From: a virus
Direction: 5' to 3' (one strand)
UHGV virus genome: UHGV-1374671
DNA length: 64,000 bases
This document shows, one piece after another, positions 1 to 11,057 of the stretch; within the stretch, counting starts at the first letter, position 1, and every line of letters begins with the position of its first letter. The position numbers were made by a program, and so were the translations under genes. The notes under the pieces were generated by a model. That model saw only the letters and a list, made by a program, of their open reading frames with translations, was not told the origin of the DNA and made no database searches.

Positions 1-20
1 ATGTTTCGTCCGGTACCAAG

Positions 21-716
21 ATGAAGGCCACTGCTTGGGGAATCTGTGCCGGCAACGGCGCTACGTTCGATGTGAAGATCTACTTCGTGCCCACTCCTGG
101 AGCTTCCTCTCCTGCTCAAATCCCGTCTTCTCCGAGCGCGACCACCACGTTGTCGTTCTCAGGGCAGTCAGGACAGCTTACCTATGCGGAGACTCCTGCG
201 GTGGTTGAATTTGAAGGTGACGGGATGCTGGTTGCCTCGGTGGCGATCCAGAGTGCGCCGAATACCGACATCAGGTTGCTGCGCGTGGGTTTCAAACTGG
301 ATATTGTGAAGGCCGAATCCGGAGACGACGAGGAAGAACCGCCTGTGGACACCACGAATGCGATTACCGGTACGCTGGCGTCCGGATACACGGCGTCCAA
401 GTACGATCTCGTGTACGTAGTGGACGGCAGGCTCGCACTGTGCAGAAGCAATAATGTGGCCAGTGCAAACAGCTGCGTCGGCATGGCGCTGGCGAACGCA
501 AGCACCGGTGACTCTCTGGAGTACATCATCACCGGCATTGTACAGGACCCGTCCTTTGCGTTCAATCCAGGGCAGCCTGTCTATGTCGGGCTGGACGGCA
601 AGATGACTCAGGCCGACCTGTCGCAGACTGCCGCGTACGTGCAGAAGGTCGGCATGGCGCTCACTGCGGTGGCCGTGCAGATCAGACTGGAAACCGCTGT
701 AATCACGGAGAAATGA
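21..716 (+). CDS. hypothetical protein, first gene of a packed + strand operon (possible virion module); reading frame is open to the window edge so the true start may lie upstream
   Basis: ATG at 21; 231 aa ORF; next gene starts 4 nt after stop; no recognisable catalytic motifs; Ser/Thr/Ala/Gly rich. Confidence 0.45.
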   Translation: MKATAWGICAGNGATFDVKIYFVPTPGASSPAQIPSSPSATTTLSFSGQSGQLTYAETPAVVEFEGDGMLVASVAIQSAPNTDIRLLRVGFKLDIVKAESGDDEEEPPVDTTNAITGTLASGYTASKYDLVYVVDGRLALCRSNNVASANSCVGMALANASTGDSLEYIITGIVQDPSFAFNPGQPVYVGLDGKMTQADLSQTAAYVQKVGMALTAVAVQIRLETAVITEK

Positions 717-719
717 TAA

Positions 720-1718
720 ATGGGTTGGAACGCGCTGGAATGGCTGAACGAGAATATGCACCGCAACTATCCCATTGTGGACGATGCGGTAGTGAACGGA
801 GTAACTGGAGAGTCCCTGCCGTCCAGCCTTATCGTTGACTTCTCATTGCTGATCCCTCCGCTGGACGATACGGACGCTGCGAACAGGTTCTACGTGTCCG
901 AGGTTAACCAGACCGGAGGCTACGTACAGATCGCCATCTCCTACTGCATGCCGTCCGGAGGAGTGTTCGTGGTGGCCAGAACCCAGAACATCTCGATCGA
1001 CGTGCAGTCCGGCGATCCGGTGGAATCCAGAACGTTCCCGTTGATCGCAGCCAATACGATTCCTGATGGATACTCCCAACTGCGGGATCTCACCGGGCGC
1101 CTTATCATAGGCACCTGTCAGGACATCATAGGCAAGGGATCTTTCACGTTCAACTACGAGAACTCCACGCTGCTGAGCACGTTGATCACACAGTCAATTG
1201 CCGGTATCCAGCATATCACAGTGGTGGACAAGGACGACAACTCCACGTTGCTTGCAGGAGATTTTGTCATTCGCGCCGGGGACGGCATCAACTTCGCCGT
1301 ATCGCAGGAATACAATTCAGAGGCCGGTGAGTACATGGACGTTCTTACGATCAGCCGTGTACCGACGGAGGCGGAGACCAGTGCGGAATTCAAATCCGTG
1401 GACGACATTTTGAGAGCGCTGGCTGAGGAATACGGGAATCCGATCAAGAGCATCAACGGAGCCACTCCGGACTCGTCAGGAGCCATCGTCATCCAGGGAG
1501 GCGACTGCACCAGCATCACCACCACGGAGAACGGTATCGCGATCTCAAATCCGTGTTCCAAACCCTGCTGCTCGGAAGCGTCCACATCAGACGCGCAGAT
1601 GGCCTTGCAGCTGCTGGAGGAAGCTCGTACACGCCTGACCGGGTACTTCGAGTCCGTATCGACCAACATAAACGCGATCCAGTCCCGTCTGGCCTCCCTG
1701 ATCGCCTCCAGGAGGTGA
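720..1718 (+). CDS. hypothetical protein (possible virion structural protein)
   Basis: 332 aa ORF tightly coupled to neighbours; no motif recognised. Confidence 0.45.
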   Translation: MGWNALEWLNENMHRNYPIVDDAVVNGVTGESLPSSLIVDFSLLIPPLDDTDAANRFYVSEVNQTGGYVQIAISYCMPSGGVFVVARTQNISIDVQSGDPVESRTFPLIAANTIPDGYSQLRDLTGRLIIGTCQDIIGKGSFTFNYENSTLLSTLITQSIAGIQHITVVDKDDNSTLLAGDFVIRAGDGINFAVSQEYNSEAGEYMDVLTISRVPTEAETSAEFKSVDDILRALAEEYGNPIKSINGATPDSSGAIVIQGGDCTSITTTENGIAISNPCSKPCCSEASTSDAQMALQLLEEARTRLTGYFESVSTNINAIQSRLASLIASRR

Positions 1719-1721
1719 CCA

Positions 1722-3071
1722 ATGGCCATCAGACGCATTTACATCCAGGACAACAACAAGAACAACCTCAAGACCATCGACGGAAACTTGACGCTGAAGG
1801 GCACCAAGTCGGACTGGGAAACGCAGGACCTTAATCTTGAAGTGAACCAGGTCACGAAAGAGATCACCATCTCCAGTCCCGGATACAGCGATATCTATAC
1901 CCAGGCTTACGATTCGTTCACCGCCACGCAGATGATCACCAACATCAACGGGGTTCACGCCACCGACGACGGAAACTTCTTTATGCTGGGGTCTGAGTGC
2001 ACCAGCTGGAGGTACGGGAATTCGGATTCCGATCTGGAAGGGGCGGGCAGCATTATCTCCGTACTGGATCTGTGTCCCACCTGCGTCAGCTGCGACGCCG
2101 CCATCAAACTGAAGAAGCAGATCGAGTATTACAAGATGGTGTTCAACGCGCTAAAGGACGCCCAGCTGTATTACGATGATATTCTTCAGCTCAGAACTCA
2201 GTACCTGGCTGCGAACAGACTGGCACTGCCTTCCAACTGCGCGGAAGCCGTGGCCACACTGGATCCGAAGTTCCTGGAGTCACCGGAGATCAAGGGATTG
2301 AGCCTGTTCCAGCAGTATGCCACGTTGGTCCACATGTGGAACTACGTGGTGAGTCAGAACAACGCTTCCATTGAGATTCACAACACTCCTGAGGACTCTG
2401 CCGGATTCTACGTACAGACGAAAAGGTCGCTGCCGAGCTGCAATCGTCAGAGCACCATCAAGTGCACGATTGAAGTCAGGCTGAACAGCGGACAGGCCGG
2501 GCTCAGCATGTATGTGCATGAACCGGTGACTGAGTTCAAACCCTTCAAGGACGAGGGAGGCGTAACCGAGCACCAGGCGACTGTTACCCATGTCGGGTTC
2601 ACGGAAAAGCGTGTCGAAACCAATTTCGCACCTGCATCATGCGCCGGCACCTATGTGCTTACTGTGAAGTTCCTGCCTTTCATTTACTCGTTCATGCTGG
2701 ACAAGTACGGGAACCAGATCAACATCCGCGATTTTGCATGGAGCATCTTATCAGAGGAAGGCTCTGTTCCTGGAAGCGGGGGCGAGGACACTGACTTTGA
2801 GAACACCACGTACAATCTCGGCGCCAAATACACCACGGCTCAGATCATGCAACCGACGGAGAAGAATTATAACGACGCCAAGACGTATCCGTCCAAATCA
2901 GTCGCCACCAGAAACATCTGGGAAGTGCGCATAACCTGGCAGCTGGAAGGCAGCATCAACAAGACGTTCGTCGACACGTACTATTACGCATGCAACGGCG
3001 TTCGTGAGTATATGGACGGCATCTTGAAAGACTCCGACCTGATCTCTATTGCGTCTGGGAGCTACTTATGA
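1722..3071 (+). CDS. hypothetical protein (possible virion structural protein)
   Basis: 449 aa ORF; 4 nt after preceding stop; overlaps next start. Confidence 0.45.
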   Translation: MAIRRIYIQDNNKNNLKTIDGNLTLKGTKSDWETQDLNLEVNQVTKEITISSPGYSDIYTQAYDSFTATQMITNINGVHATDDGNFFMLGSECTSWRYGNSDSDLEGAGSIISVLDLCPTCVSCDAAIKLKKQIEYYKMVFNALKDAQLYYDDILQLRTQYLAANRLALPSNCAEAVATLDPKFLESPEIKGLSLFQQYATLVHMWNYVVSQNNASIEIHNTPEDSAGFYVQTKRSLPSCNRQSTIKCTIEVRLNSGQAGLSMYVHEPVTEFKPFKDEGGVTEHQATVTHVGFTEKRVETNFAPASCAGTYVLTVKFLPFIYSFMLDKYGNQINIRDFAWSILSEEGSVPGSGGEDTDFENTTYNLGAKYTTAQIMQPTEKNYNDAKTYPSKSVATRNIWEVRITWQLEGSINKTFVDTYYYACNGVREYMDGILKDSDLISIASGSYL

Positions 3072-3850
3072 TCAACACGTACATCAACGACAACGTAAAC
3101 GTACCGTATCCGTTTTTCGGTATGGGGTCCCTGCCGTTCCCCATGTGCTGCATCGTCGGGTTCGGCATCTGCATTCACGGACCGCTTACCGGGCTGATCT
3201 TCATATCGTCGCTGGAGATCACCAACAGCTCGATCAAGGCTGTCGTTGTAATGGGAAGCACCATCCTGGGTACCGTGGAGTGCCGGTCGTATTCCGGAAA
3301 CAGGACTTCGGCTATCCAGGCAACGCAGTCCGACGTTCAGCTGTCAGGGTTCATGACCATCGGTGACATCCCGAAGACGGCTATCGGTCACTATGATGGG
3401 GTGTTCCCGATCGATCCGTCTTGTATAACCAACATGCCTGATGCAGTGTTCGGATACCACAGGGCTGTGGAGATCAACGGAACATCTTACACGATCGGAC
3501 AGCAGTTGGAGATCTCGGCGTCCGGTCTGTTGTCGATCTCCGGAAACACCATTCAGGGAACGAACCAGGTCACGAGCGCCAACCTGACGACGTTCGACTA
3601 CATGAACGACTACTCCATGGTGAAGACCGTAAACGGCATGTCCTTTCATCCTCACACGGAGTCCAACATACCGACGCTGACCTTCAAGACGGACTATCCT
3701 GATTGTGTGAAGTTCGACGTGATAGGCGGGGCCGGCATGCCCGAAGAAGGAGATGTGGATGAAGGCATCGGGGACGTTACGGTACTGGTGATCAATGGAA
3801 CCAAGAAGTTTCCGAACTGCTACAAGCAGGAAGATGACGAGGCCCTGTAA
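3068..3850 (+). CDS. hypothetical protein
   Basis: 260 aa ORF with ATGA start/stop overlap with previous gene. Confidence 0.45.
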   Translation: MINTYINDNVNVPYPFFGMGSLPFPMCCIVGFGICIHGPLTGLIFISSLEITNSSIKAVVVMGSTILGTVECRSYSGNRTSAIQATQSDVQLSGFMTIGDIPKTAIGHYDGVFPIDPSCITNMPDAVFGYHRAVEINGTSYTIGQQLEISASGLLSISGNTIQGTNQVTSANLTTFDYMNDYSMVKTVNGMSFHPHTESNIPTLTFKTDYPDCVKFDVIGGAGMPEEGDVDEGIGDVTVLVINGTKKFPNCYKQEDDEAL

Positions 3851-3865
3851 GGAGACCTGACAGAA

Positions 3866-4603
3866 ATGCTGAACTCATTCAACATAGACAGATCCGATTC
3901 CGAGATCAACACCAATTTCCCATTCCAGTGGCAGTGCAGGCTGCAGCTTGGATCCGTACAGCTGCCATCAGGTCTGATACGCTCCATTCGAGTGCATTGC
4001 ACGGAAGGCATACTGCCCCCTGTGAGGCTTCACAAGGTCCAGATCAACGGCGACAACGGAACGGCCGAGTTTCGTGATTCACAGGGCGTATCCGTCTGCT
4101 TCTGGAAATTTTCTTACAAGTCATCCGACACTCGTATCAGTGCGTTTCTGACGAACAGTTACAACGTGATCAGCGGACATATCGTGTGCTCGGAAGAATT
4201 GCCGGCCATGCTGTTCTCGATTGCGGCTGCCAATAATAACGAGGTGACCACAGAGAGCGACGATTTCCTGTTGCTGCCCCAGTGTCACACCTCCAGTTTG
4301 TCCGGGTACTGCAAGGCGTTCAAGATCGGTGATACTGTTTACAACAGCGATCTTACAATCAAGTCAGGTGCTTACACCAGTTCAGAATTCAAGGGCGGCG
4401 TGTACTCCATAAGCCTGCTTGGCAAATACGCAGTAGACACGGATTCCGCCATGAACAGGGACGGTATCATGCAGTTGAGCGTGAACGGTGAGACCTATTA
4501 CGTTGGTGGACGACACCTGCTTATCCGGGCGGGAATGACGTCGAACCTGAGAGTGGTGATGGCGAACTCCGCAATAACGCTGAAGGGGGTGCAGGATGAT
4601 TGA
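3866..4603 (+). CDS. hypothetical protein
   Basis: 245 aa ORF in operon context. Confidence 0.45.
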   Translation: MLNSFNIDRSDSEINTNFPFQWQCRLQLGSVQLPSGLIRSIRVHCTEGILPPVRLHKVQINGDNGTAEFRDSQGVSVCFWKFSYKSSDTRISAFLTNSYNVISGHIVCSEELPAMLFSIAAANNNEVTTESDDFLLLPQCHTSSLSGYCKAFKIGDTVYNSDLTIKSGAYTSSEFKGGVYSISLLGKYAVDTDSAMNRDGIMQLSVNGETYYVGGRHLLIRAGMTSNLRVVMANSAITLKGVQDD

Positions 4604-5330
4604 GGCTGTAAAGGATCTTGCGGTCAGCTACCCGTTTATCCCTGGAAGCACGGTGCCTGAGGCGCTGAAGCACATCAAGGACGCCAGGATCATCTTTGAG
4701 CTGCCGGCAAACACGTATCGACAAGGCGACAGCAATACGATGCAGTTCTACGCCGAGCTGGTCAGCATTGATCCGAGCAAGGCTGTGTTCCATGTTGTGT
4801 GCACACCGTTCTCGGTGGACGAGAACGTGACAGTGCCTGTCAACGTGGGAATCTTCAATGTTCCGATGGGCAACAATTACGTGCTGGTGGACGAGCCTGT
4901 GACTTATACCGGGTCTCACACGCTGCATCCGGATTGCCTGATCTTCTTCCAGAAAGCTCCCAAGCTCAGTGCGGCTGATAGGACCGCTGTACGGTCTGAT
5001 GATTCGTATTCTTCGGAAGTGTACGGTTTTGGGCCAACCATAGCCTTTGCGGACGGGTACAATGTGAACGTGTCCGGCAACGAAAGCACGGTGGTGTTCA
5101 ACGGAGGAGAAGGAAGCGGACTCGGCATCTGGCTGACGTCTCCGTGGGTCGACGTTAAGGACTCCACCTTGAGAGCCGCAGTAGGCCTTCGCACCATAAA
5201 CGGAAAGAACGGCAACGTCCAGATCAACGGAAGCCAGTCAGTCGGCGTCGAGGGTACCGGAGGCATCGAGCTGGTGATTAACCCGCTGCCTTATCCAGAA
5301 GACGATGAGGACGAAGAGGTCACCCCATGA
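4596..5330 (+). CDS. hypothetical protein with acidic C-terminus
   Basis: 244 aa ORF overlapping neighbours by 8 and 4 nt. Confidence 0.45.
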   Translation: MIEAVKDLAVSYPFIPGSTVPEALKHIKDARIIFELPANTYRQGDSNTMQFYAELVSIDPSKAVFHVVCTPFSVDENVTVPVNVGIFNVPMGNNYVLVDEPVTYTGSHTLHPDCLIFFQKAPKLSAADRTAVRSDDSYSSEVYGFGPTIAFADGYNVNVSGNESTVVFNGGEGSGLGIWLTSPWVDVKDSTLRAAVGLRTINGKNGNVQINGSQSVGVEGTGGIELVINPLPYPEDDEDEEVTP

Positions 5331-6487
5331 TCAGGATCAAAGAGAACAGGTGCGGTTACGCCGGATACAAGTGCGTCGGTATTGAAGAGCTGAAAGAACC
5401 GTTCCGGTATAAAAAACTGGTGTGCGACACCGAGATAAACCGTACCGAGTTCCCTGTGCAGGACTGGTCCGAGGATACGCCTGACGAGGCCAAGTATCAT
5501 CTCATAGACAACTACAAGAACATCCCGACCCTGCTGAAGGGTTTCATGATGACCAGCAGCACTCTGATCGATATGGACGTTGCCGTGTCCTACCCTGAGA
5601 AAGAGTGCCGCACCAATGTGAACCCGTTCCTTACCGTTAATGGCGAGGTCGGATTCCTGGACATGTTCAACGAGTACAGCGACCGGGTCAAGGGCCGCAC
5701 CGAGGGCAGCGAATACGTTGATTTGAAGACCAACATGCTGTGCTTCAACACGAATCCAGGAACGGCTGAAACAGAGGGCACTGACGGGGATGAGTTGATG
5801 TTCGAGCCTGGCATCATTGAGCCCATGCTCGACACGGAATTTTCTCCTGTCGGAATTGAACTCAGCACAGGTGTGGACGCCAGTCTGGACGGTATCATGC
5901 TCGCGATTGCCATGCTTACCAAGTGGCGTACTGTCATCGAGGGCAAGATCAACGATATCTACACCCGGCTCGGTCATATCACCGGGATCAGAAACATGCT
6001 CATCTCGATGCAGATGGAAAGTATCTGCGACGACTTCCGGATTGAACTGGTATCAGGAGATCCTATTCAGTGGACCGGATCCAAACGCGAACCTCGGTAC
6101 CGCGTAGGGGATGGTTACGTATATGTGAACGGCAATCCGATATACGTCAGTGGACGGTCAGCAGAGGGAGAGTTCTACATGTACATAAACCTGTACAAGG
6201 AAGGAACCGACCCGGAAGCGACAATCACTGCAGAGATGGAGACCGAGCCGAAAGGAGACTTCTCTCTTGGCATAGGCGGCGTCAAGATGACGTACAAGAC
6301 TCAGCGCGGAGTGCCTACCTATCGTGTATATCAAATTTGGCAGGAAGGCTGCATGTTTGAAATCGACATGGTACGCACCAATGACGAGGGCTTCCTGTTC
6401 CGTACACTATCCGGTGATTCCCCGTACAAGGCATATCCATACGGTACCTGTCCGAAGGAAGGCGATGAAGACAATCCGAGCTCGTAA
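5327..6487 (+). CDS. hypothetical protein
   Basis: 386 aa ORF, ATGA overlap with previous gene. Confidence 0.45.
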   Translation: MIRIKENRCGYAGYKCVGIEELKEPFRYKKLVCDTEINRTEFPVQDWSEDTPDEAKYHLIDNYKNIPTLLKGFMMTSSTLIDMDVAVSYPEKECRTNVNPFLTVNGEVGFLDMFNEYSDRVKGRTEGSEYVDLKTNMLCFNTNPGTAETEGTDGDELMFEPGIIEPMLDTEFSPVGIELSTGVDASLDGIMLAIAMLTKWRTVIEGKINDIYTRLGHITGIRNMLISMQMESICDDFRIELVSGDPIQWTGSKREPRYRVGDGYVYVNGNPIYVSGRSAEGEFYMYINLYKEGTDPEATITAEMETEPKGDFSLGIGGVKMTYKTQRGVPTYRVYQIWQEGCMFEIDMVRTNDEGFLFRTLSGDSPYKAYPYGTCPKEGDEDNPSS

Positions 6488-6561
6488 ATATTGATAGTTG
6501 TGCTACATTATTGGGTATACGGAGTATACGCAATTTGGCTTAACTAGCAAAGGACACAGCT

Positions 6562-7299
6562 ATGGCGATTCATGGGTGTCACAGTTGTGGGGTAGACATT
6601 TCACAGTACAAGAGCTATGAAGAAAGTCCATGCGCCACATGCAAGCTGACAAAAGAGCACAACAAGACTCACCGTCCGGAGCTGTTTGACAGCGGTATTG
6701 ACGTCTCCACGGCGGAAGAGCAGGAAAAACTCGAAGTACAAGAGGACAGCGACACTGTATTGCTGCTTCAGCGACTGGGATGCGGTAAAGAGGACAAAGA
6801 CAAGGCCATCCATCTCCTGATGGAGGTCATACAGAACCAGGTTTACATTACCGCGTCCAACATCATCATCAAGATGTTGAAGCTGGCGAAGATCAGTCCG
6901 ATCATGTTTGAAGTCGTTCTTAAGAAAATGCAGTTCCCGTACATGAGCTACTCGGAAATAGGGGACAGCATGAATCCGCCATGCAGTAAACAGAACGTGC
7001 TCTATCATCTTAAGCACGCGGTTGAACTGTTCCCCGACCTGAACAACGCGCTGCTGACTGACACCAGATTCAGCGCCGGCAGGTACGCACTTCAAACCGT
7101 AGCCAATCGTTACCGCCAGATACAGGGCAAACGAAAAATACACGGCTTGATTTACAGCAACGACCCGGCTATGCGTGCCCATGCCATGACTGAGTTGAAT
7201 GCGATACTGTCTGCTCCGTTCATGATAAGTGACGCCATTGTAGATTTTGATCTGTACACCAAAGACGAGGAACATAATGAGCGCACCGCTGCGAATTGA
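6562..7299 (+). CDS. hypothetical protein
   Basis: 245 aa ORF after 74 nt intergenic gap. Confidence 0.4.
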   Translation: MAIHGCHSCGVDISQYKSYEESPCATCKLTKEHNKTHRPELFDSGIDVSTAEEQEKLEVQEDSDTVLLLQRLGCGKEDKDKAIHLLMEVIQNQVYITASNIIIKMLKLAKISPIMFEVVLKKMQFPYMSYSEIGDSMNPPCSKQNVLYHLKHAVELFPDLNNALLTDTRFSAGRYALQTVANRYRQIQGKRKIHGLIYSNDPAMRAHAMTELNAILSAPFMISDAIVDFDLYTKDEEHNERTAAN

Positions 7300-8473
7300 C
7301 GTAAACCAGGAAGTATTCAAAATCAAAGACCCCAGGGTGGACAAGTTGAAGGCCGGGAAGCTGTCCGCAGAGGGGTTCTCTTTTCTGTTGTCCGACAGGG
7401 ATCCTTTCGTGCTGATCGGACACACCATCTATGTGCTGACAGAGCAGGAGTTCTATGCGCTGCGCGCCGTGTATCCGATTAATGAAATCACTGAGGAAGG
7501 GTTTCACAAGATTCTCGAAATTGAAGACCTGTCGTTCATGCACCAGGTGGACAGAGAATTCATGGAGCTCGTGAAGCGCGAGCTTCCTACCTGTCCCAAA
7601 TGCAAGTACAAGCGTTACCAGGACGCCGTGTACAAGCTGGCTAAGAAATACAACCTCAAAATGATCAACGAGGTGCCTGGCGAGGATGCTCCTGACATGA
7701 ACAGCTGGGCTCAATATCCTGAGACCACTGAACCTGTCATCTCATACGTGTCCGCCTTGCTGGATCACATGTACAGGGTTCCGAAACAGCAGCGTCGCGA
7801 CTGTCTGGACTGTGTGGAAAAGCATGTGTCGCAGGCCTGGATACTCGGCAACGAGGCCCTTATGGGGTATCCGTCCCACCTTGCACTTGCCGTCGGACAT
7901 CTAAGTGAGGCGCTGGATGAGATGCCGAAGGACTTCACCGCGCTGCACGACACCATTGAGTTCTGCTTGGGCAAGACCAACGTAATGCGCCAGGCCTTCA
8001 TCCCTGTCGGTCTGATCCTGCCTCTCATAAACGCCGCCAGGCAGCACCAGGGTACGGAGTTCGAGAAGGAATCCGACGACGTCACTGAAGCCCGCAGCGC
8101 AGTGATGGAGATCGATTTCACGTTCCATATGCGTGAGGAGCTGGTAAATGCAGACAGGAACACGTTGTCCAGAGTGACGACCATGATAGCAGACGCCGAC
8201 AAAATTATACTGGAGTATAAAACCTCTCCAAGCTACAAGAACAGAATCATTTGGGAAGGTGCGTTGTCCTGTGCCGCCGACAACCTGGCATCAGTTGCCC
8301 CGGAGTTTGCAAATATGCTTCGCAACCGCAGGCTGTTATTCGTTGCCGATCCCAGCATTGCACAGGACGCCGGCTACAGATTCACCGATGTGCTGATCTA
8401 TCTGAAAGAACTGATGGATCAGAATGACGTGGAACCCTCGGAGTTCAGCTCGTCGTCCTCGAAGTCATTGTAG
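7277..8473 (+). CDS. hypothetical protein
   Basis: ORF 7247-8473; internal ATG at 7277 preceded by GAGGA; start choice uncertain. Confidence 0.4.
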   Translation: MSAPLRIDVNQEVFKIKDPRVDKLKAGKLSAEGFSFLLSDRDPFVLIGHTIYVLTEQEFYALRAVYPINEITEEGFHKILEIEDLSFMHQVDREFMELVKRELPTCPKCKYKRYQDAVYKLAKKYNLKMINEVPGEDAPDMNSWAQYPETTEPVISYVSALLDHMYRVPKQQRRDCLDCVEKHVSQAWILGNEALMGYPSHLALAVGHLSEALDEMPKDFTALHDTIEFCLGKTNVMRQAFIPVGLILPLINAARQHQGTEFEKESDDVTEARSAVMEIDFTFHMREELVNADRNTLSRVTTMIADADKIILEYKTSPSYKNRIIWEGALSCAADNLASVAPEFANMLRNRRLLFVADPSIAQDAGYRFTDVLIYLKELMDQNDVEPSEFSSSSSKSL

Positions 8474-8796
8474 GCGTTAACCAGGGTGCGGATGTCGTGC
8501 TGCACCCTGTCCAACACGGCACTGGCCAACGTGACCGTATCGAAGATCATCGTTATGTCGTCAGTGCGGAAGTAGCAGTTGTCGCCTGGAATGCTGTCCG
8601 GGAATTCAACCATCTCCGACGGGGAACATACGTGACTGAACCGGTATAAGGGCTTCAACTTGTCAGCGCTCCTGGGAAGAAGTTCGATGGCGAAAATTTT
8701 TGGGGAAATGCCTTCAGCCTCCACATACAAGTGCAGCTTCGTGTATCCCTTGCGGGCAGTGGTGATCTTGTGATTGAGTTTTATAGAGACGCTCAT
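8419..8796 (-). CDS. hypothetical protein (convergent with previous gene, 55 nt 3' overlap)
   Basis: 125 aa minus-strand ORF. Confidence 0.35.
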   Translation of the reverse strand: MSVSIKLNHKITTARKGYTKLHLYVEAEGISPKIFAIELLPRSADKLKPLYRFSHVCSPSEMVEFPDSIPGDNCYFRTDDITMIFDTVTLASAVLDRVQHDIRTLVNAYNDFEDDELNSEGSTSF

Positions 8797-8803
8797 GACA
8801 TCC

Positions 8804-9037
8804 TCACTTTATCAAGACTCCGCCGATCATGCACGGAAGCGGAAACAGCTGTCGGCACGCTTCCACAAATATCGGATCGTTAGCATATTTAGTCGCTGCC
8901 AGTCTCAATGCGGCGTTCACGTTCACATTAGCGTGCCCGCACTTTCCGCAACGCTTCCAGGCTGCTGACGCGGCACTTATCATAGGAAAGCCCTGTAGAT
9001 TGGCGTTGAGAAGAGTTTTCTCGGCATTGCTTAACAT
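8804..9037 (-). CDS. small Cys/His-containing protein, possible zinc ribbon / HNH-like remnant
   Basis: 77 aa; CGKCGHANVNVN segment; weak. Confidence 0.25.
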   Translation of the reverse strand: MLSNAEKTLLNANLQGFPMISAASAAWKRCGKCGHANVNVNAALRLAATKYANDPIFVEACRQLFPLPCMIGGVLIK

Positions 9038-9095
9038 AAGAACCTTTCAACCCTGACTTTATCTTAAAAATACAGTTTCCAGAAGGGACAATAAC

Positions 9096-10013
9096 ATGAA
9101 CAACTTGAGTGACAGCTGTTTCGCATACCAGTCCATGCGAAAATATCCGATCCATACCAAAGAGGCCGCGTGTAACTCGTATCAGGAGTTTTCCAAAGAG
9201 GCGAGCTGCTATCCGAAAGCGCTGGCCGACTCCATTAAGAAGCGCTTTCAAAAGGCCGCAGAGTATCACGAGATCGATCTGGAGTCCCTCACCAAGGAGG
9301 CTTCAACCACTCCCAGGGAAACGATCACCTTCAAGGGCGTTGATGGCAACATTACGATGTCCAAAATCGCGTCCGCAAGCGACATTCCGGCTGCAATGGA
9401 GAAAATCCTGGAATACAGAGCGGTAACCAAGCGAGCCAACCTCCAGGAGGCTGCAAAGTACGTTATTTGGGCTGCTGCGAACACTGATTTCGACATGGAC
9501 TCCGATGACATGCGCAAAATTGCCCATATCGCAGGGCTGGGAGTCGGTGACCGGGAGCAGATCCAGGCAGAATTTGAGAAACGGGCCACTTTGAACATTC
9601 TGGATGGCGAATCCAAGGACGCGTTTTGGAAATTTGCTTCCGAATTGAAGGATCTCAGCGACGAGGACTTCTATTCCGAGGGCAATTTGAACAAAATGTG
9701 CTCGATTTTGGAAGAAATCGACACGCTGTACGACAATACGCACAAGTACGGAACCCAGCTCAAGCGGCCTGAGGATATTGTTTTTGCCCAGACCATGGAC
9801 GATCTCATCAAAGAAGCGCATGATCTGCTCCTGATCCCGTCCATCGACGCCACAATCAGCAAAACGGCGCTCCTGGAGCGTGCCGACAAGGCGAATTCCT
9901 TCTTCAAGACCTATCTTGGACAGGAAAAAGAACTCTCCGGAGACGATTTGTTCGGAAAAGTGGCGTCTCTGGATGCTGAAATCGCAGCCGCGCTGCTGGA
10001 AAGGATCGCATGA
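9096..10013 (+). CDS. hypothetical protein
   Basis: 305 aa ORF; divergent from the minus-strand ORFs upstream. Confidence 0.45.
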   Translation: MNNLSDSCFAYQSMRKYPIHTKEAACNSYQEFSKEASCYPKALADSIKKRFQKAAEYHEIDLESLTKEASTTPRETITFKGVDGNITMSKIASASDIPAAMEKILEYRAVTKRANLQEAAKYVIWAAANTDFDMDSDDMRKIAHIAGLGVGDREQIQAEFEKRATLNILDGESKDAFWKFASELKDLSDEDFYSEGNLNKMCSILEEIDTLYDNTHKYGTQLKRPEDIVFAQTMDDLIKEAHDLLLIPSIDATISKTALLERADKANSFFKTYLGQEKELSGDDLFGKVASLDAEIAAALLERIA

Positions 10014-10630
10014 GCGAGCTTCCGATCAACAAAGACACGTTTGTGACCACCATGGCGCTGCTCGGGGTGCGCGAACTGGGGCTGGAATCCCTGGACTGGG
10101 AGCCGGAAATCCTCAGAGACGCCTTCGAGGACGCCTATGGGATCAAAAAACTGTCCCAAAAGCTGTTCGACAAGCTGAACTGCGGGTATACGCTGATCGG
10201 TACTGACTCGTTCACGTCGTCCATAGAGGCGTTTCTGGCGGCTACGGCGGTTATGAACAACCGCGTGTTCGAGGCGGACGAGATTCCCTACTGTACTTTT
10301 GAGATGTGCGCCTGGAGCGTGTGGGAATACATCAACCTGATGGGCGACATCGAGGACGGGAAACCAACTGATCAGTTCAGTCCTGACATCATTGAGTACA
10401 TTCGCCAGGCCGCAAACGAGAACGGGATCTCCAGATTCCCCTTGTGGCTAAAGTTTGCGGAGCCAGAGAACAACCTTCCTGACCTGTCCGGCGACATCGA
10501 CCAATTCGAGATGTATCAGGAGCGACAAAACGACCGTATCAGTGACATGAATGGGTTCGTTACCAAGCGTCAGGAAGATCTTACAGCTGAACTTACGAAA
10601 ATGCAGGAACTTGGTTTTCTGGGGAACTGA
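10010..10630 (+). CDS. hypothetical protein
   Basis: 206 aa ORF, ATGA overlap with previous gene. Confidence 0.45.
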   Translation: MSELPINKDTFVTTMALLGVRELGLESLDWEPEILRDAFEDAYGIKKLSQKLFDKLNCGYTLIGTDSFTSSIEAFLAATAVMNNRVFEADEIPYCTFEMCAWSVWEYINLMGDIEDGKPTDQFSPDIIEYIRQAANENGISRFPLWLKFAEPENNLPDLSGDIDQFEMYQERQNDRISDMNGFVTKRQEDLTAELTKMQELGFLGN

Positions 10631-10631
10631 C

Positions 10632-11057
10632 ATGATCAAACTTACCTACACGAAAGTGGCTGCTCTCAGGAAGTTGGCTTATGGCGGGGATATGGGAGAC
10701 GGTTCCTATTACGACCGCACGTACATCCCGCTTCCAGGACTGGATGAGTGGGACCCGGAGCTGAACAAGGAGTATAACAACGCTGATGCGCTCATCAAGG
10801 AGCTGGACAGTTGGCTCCCGATGTACAAAAGACATCTCAAGTCCTTTGCCAAGGACCCGGACAACTCCGTCATGGTCAGTCAGCACGCATACAACGTGAA
10901 CGACAATGGGGACGTGGACGAAATCCCTCTGTCGGAGTGGGTGGCCCGCTACAATGCTGCCAAAAAGGCAAAAGATCCGAAAGCGCTGCGGGATATCGGC
11001 TCATACGCCTTCTACAGGTACGCTGAGCCCAGGAAGAAATTTCTGGGCATTTTCTAA
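10632..11057 (+). CDS. hypothetical protein
   Basis: In-frame ATG 2 nt after previous stop (ORF track gives 10551 as frame start). Confidence 0.4.
   Translation: MIKLTYTKVAALRKLAYGGDMGDGSYYDRTYIPLPGLDEWDPELNKEYNNADALIKELDSWLPMYKRHLKSFAKDPDNSVMVSQHAYNVNDNGDVDEIPLSEWVARYNAAKKAKDPKALRDIGSYAFYRYAEPRKKFLGIF

Noticed and set aside
6488-6561. Possible sigma70 promoter TTGATA-N17-GGTATA and GTATAC-gga-GTATAC repeat
   Set aside because: The -10 hexamer is a poor match and there is no supporting evidence; noted only as a weak candidate.
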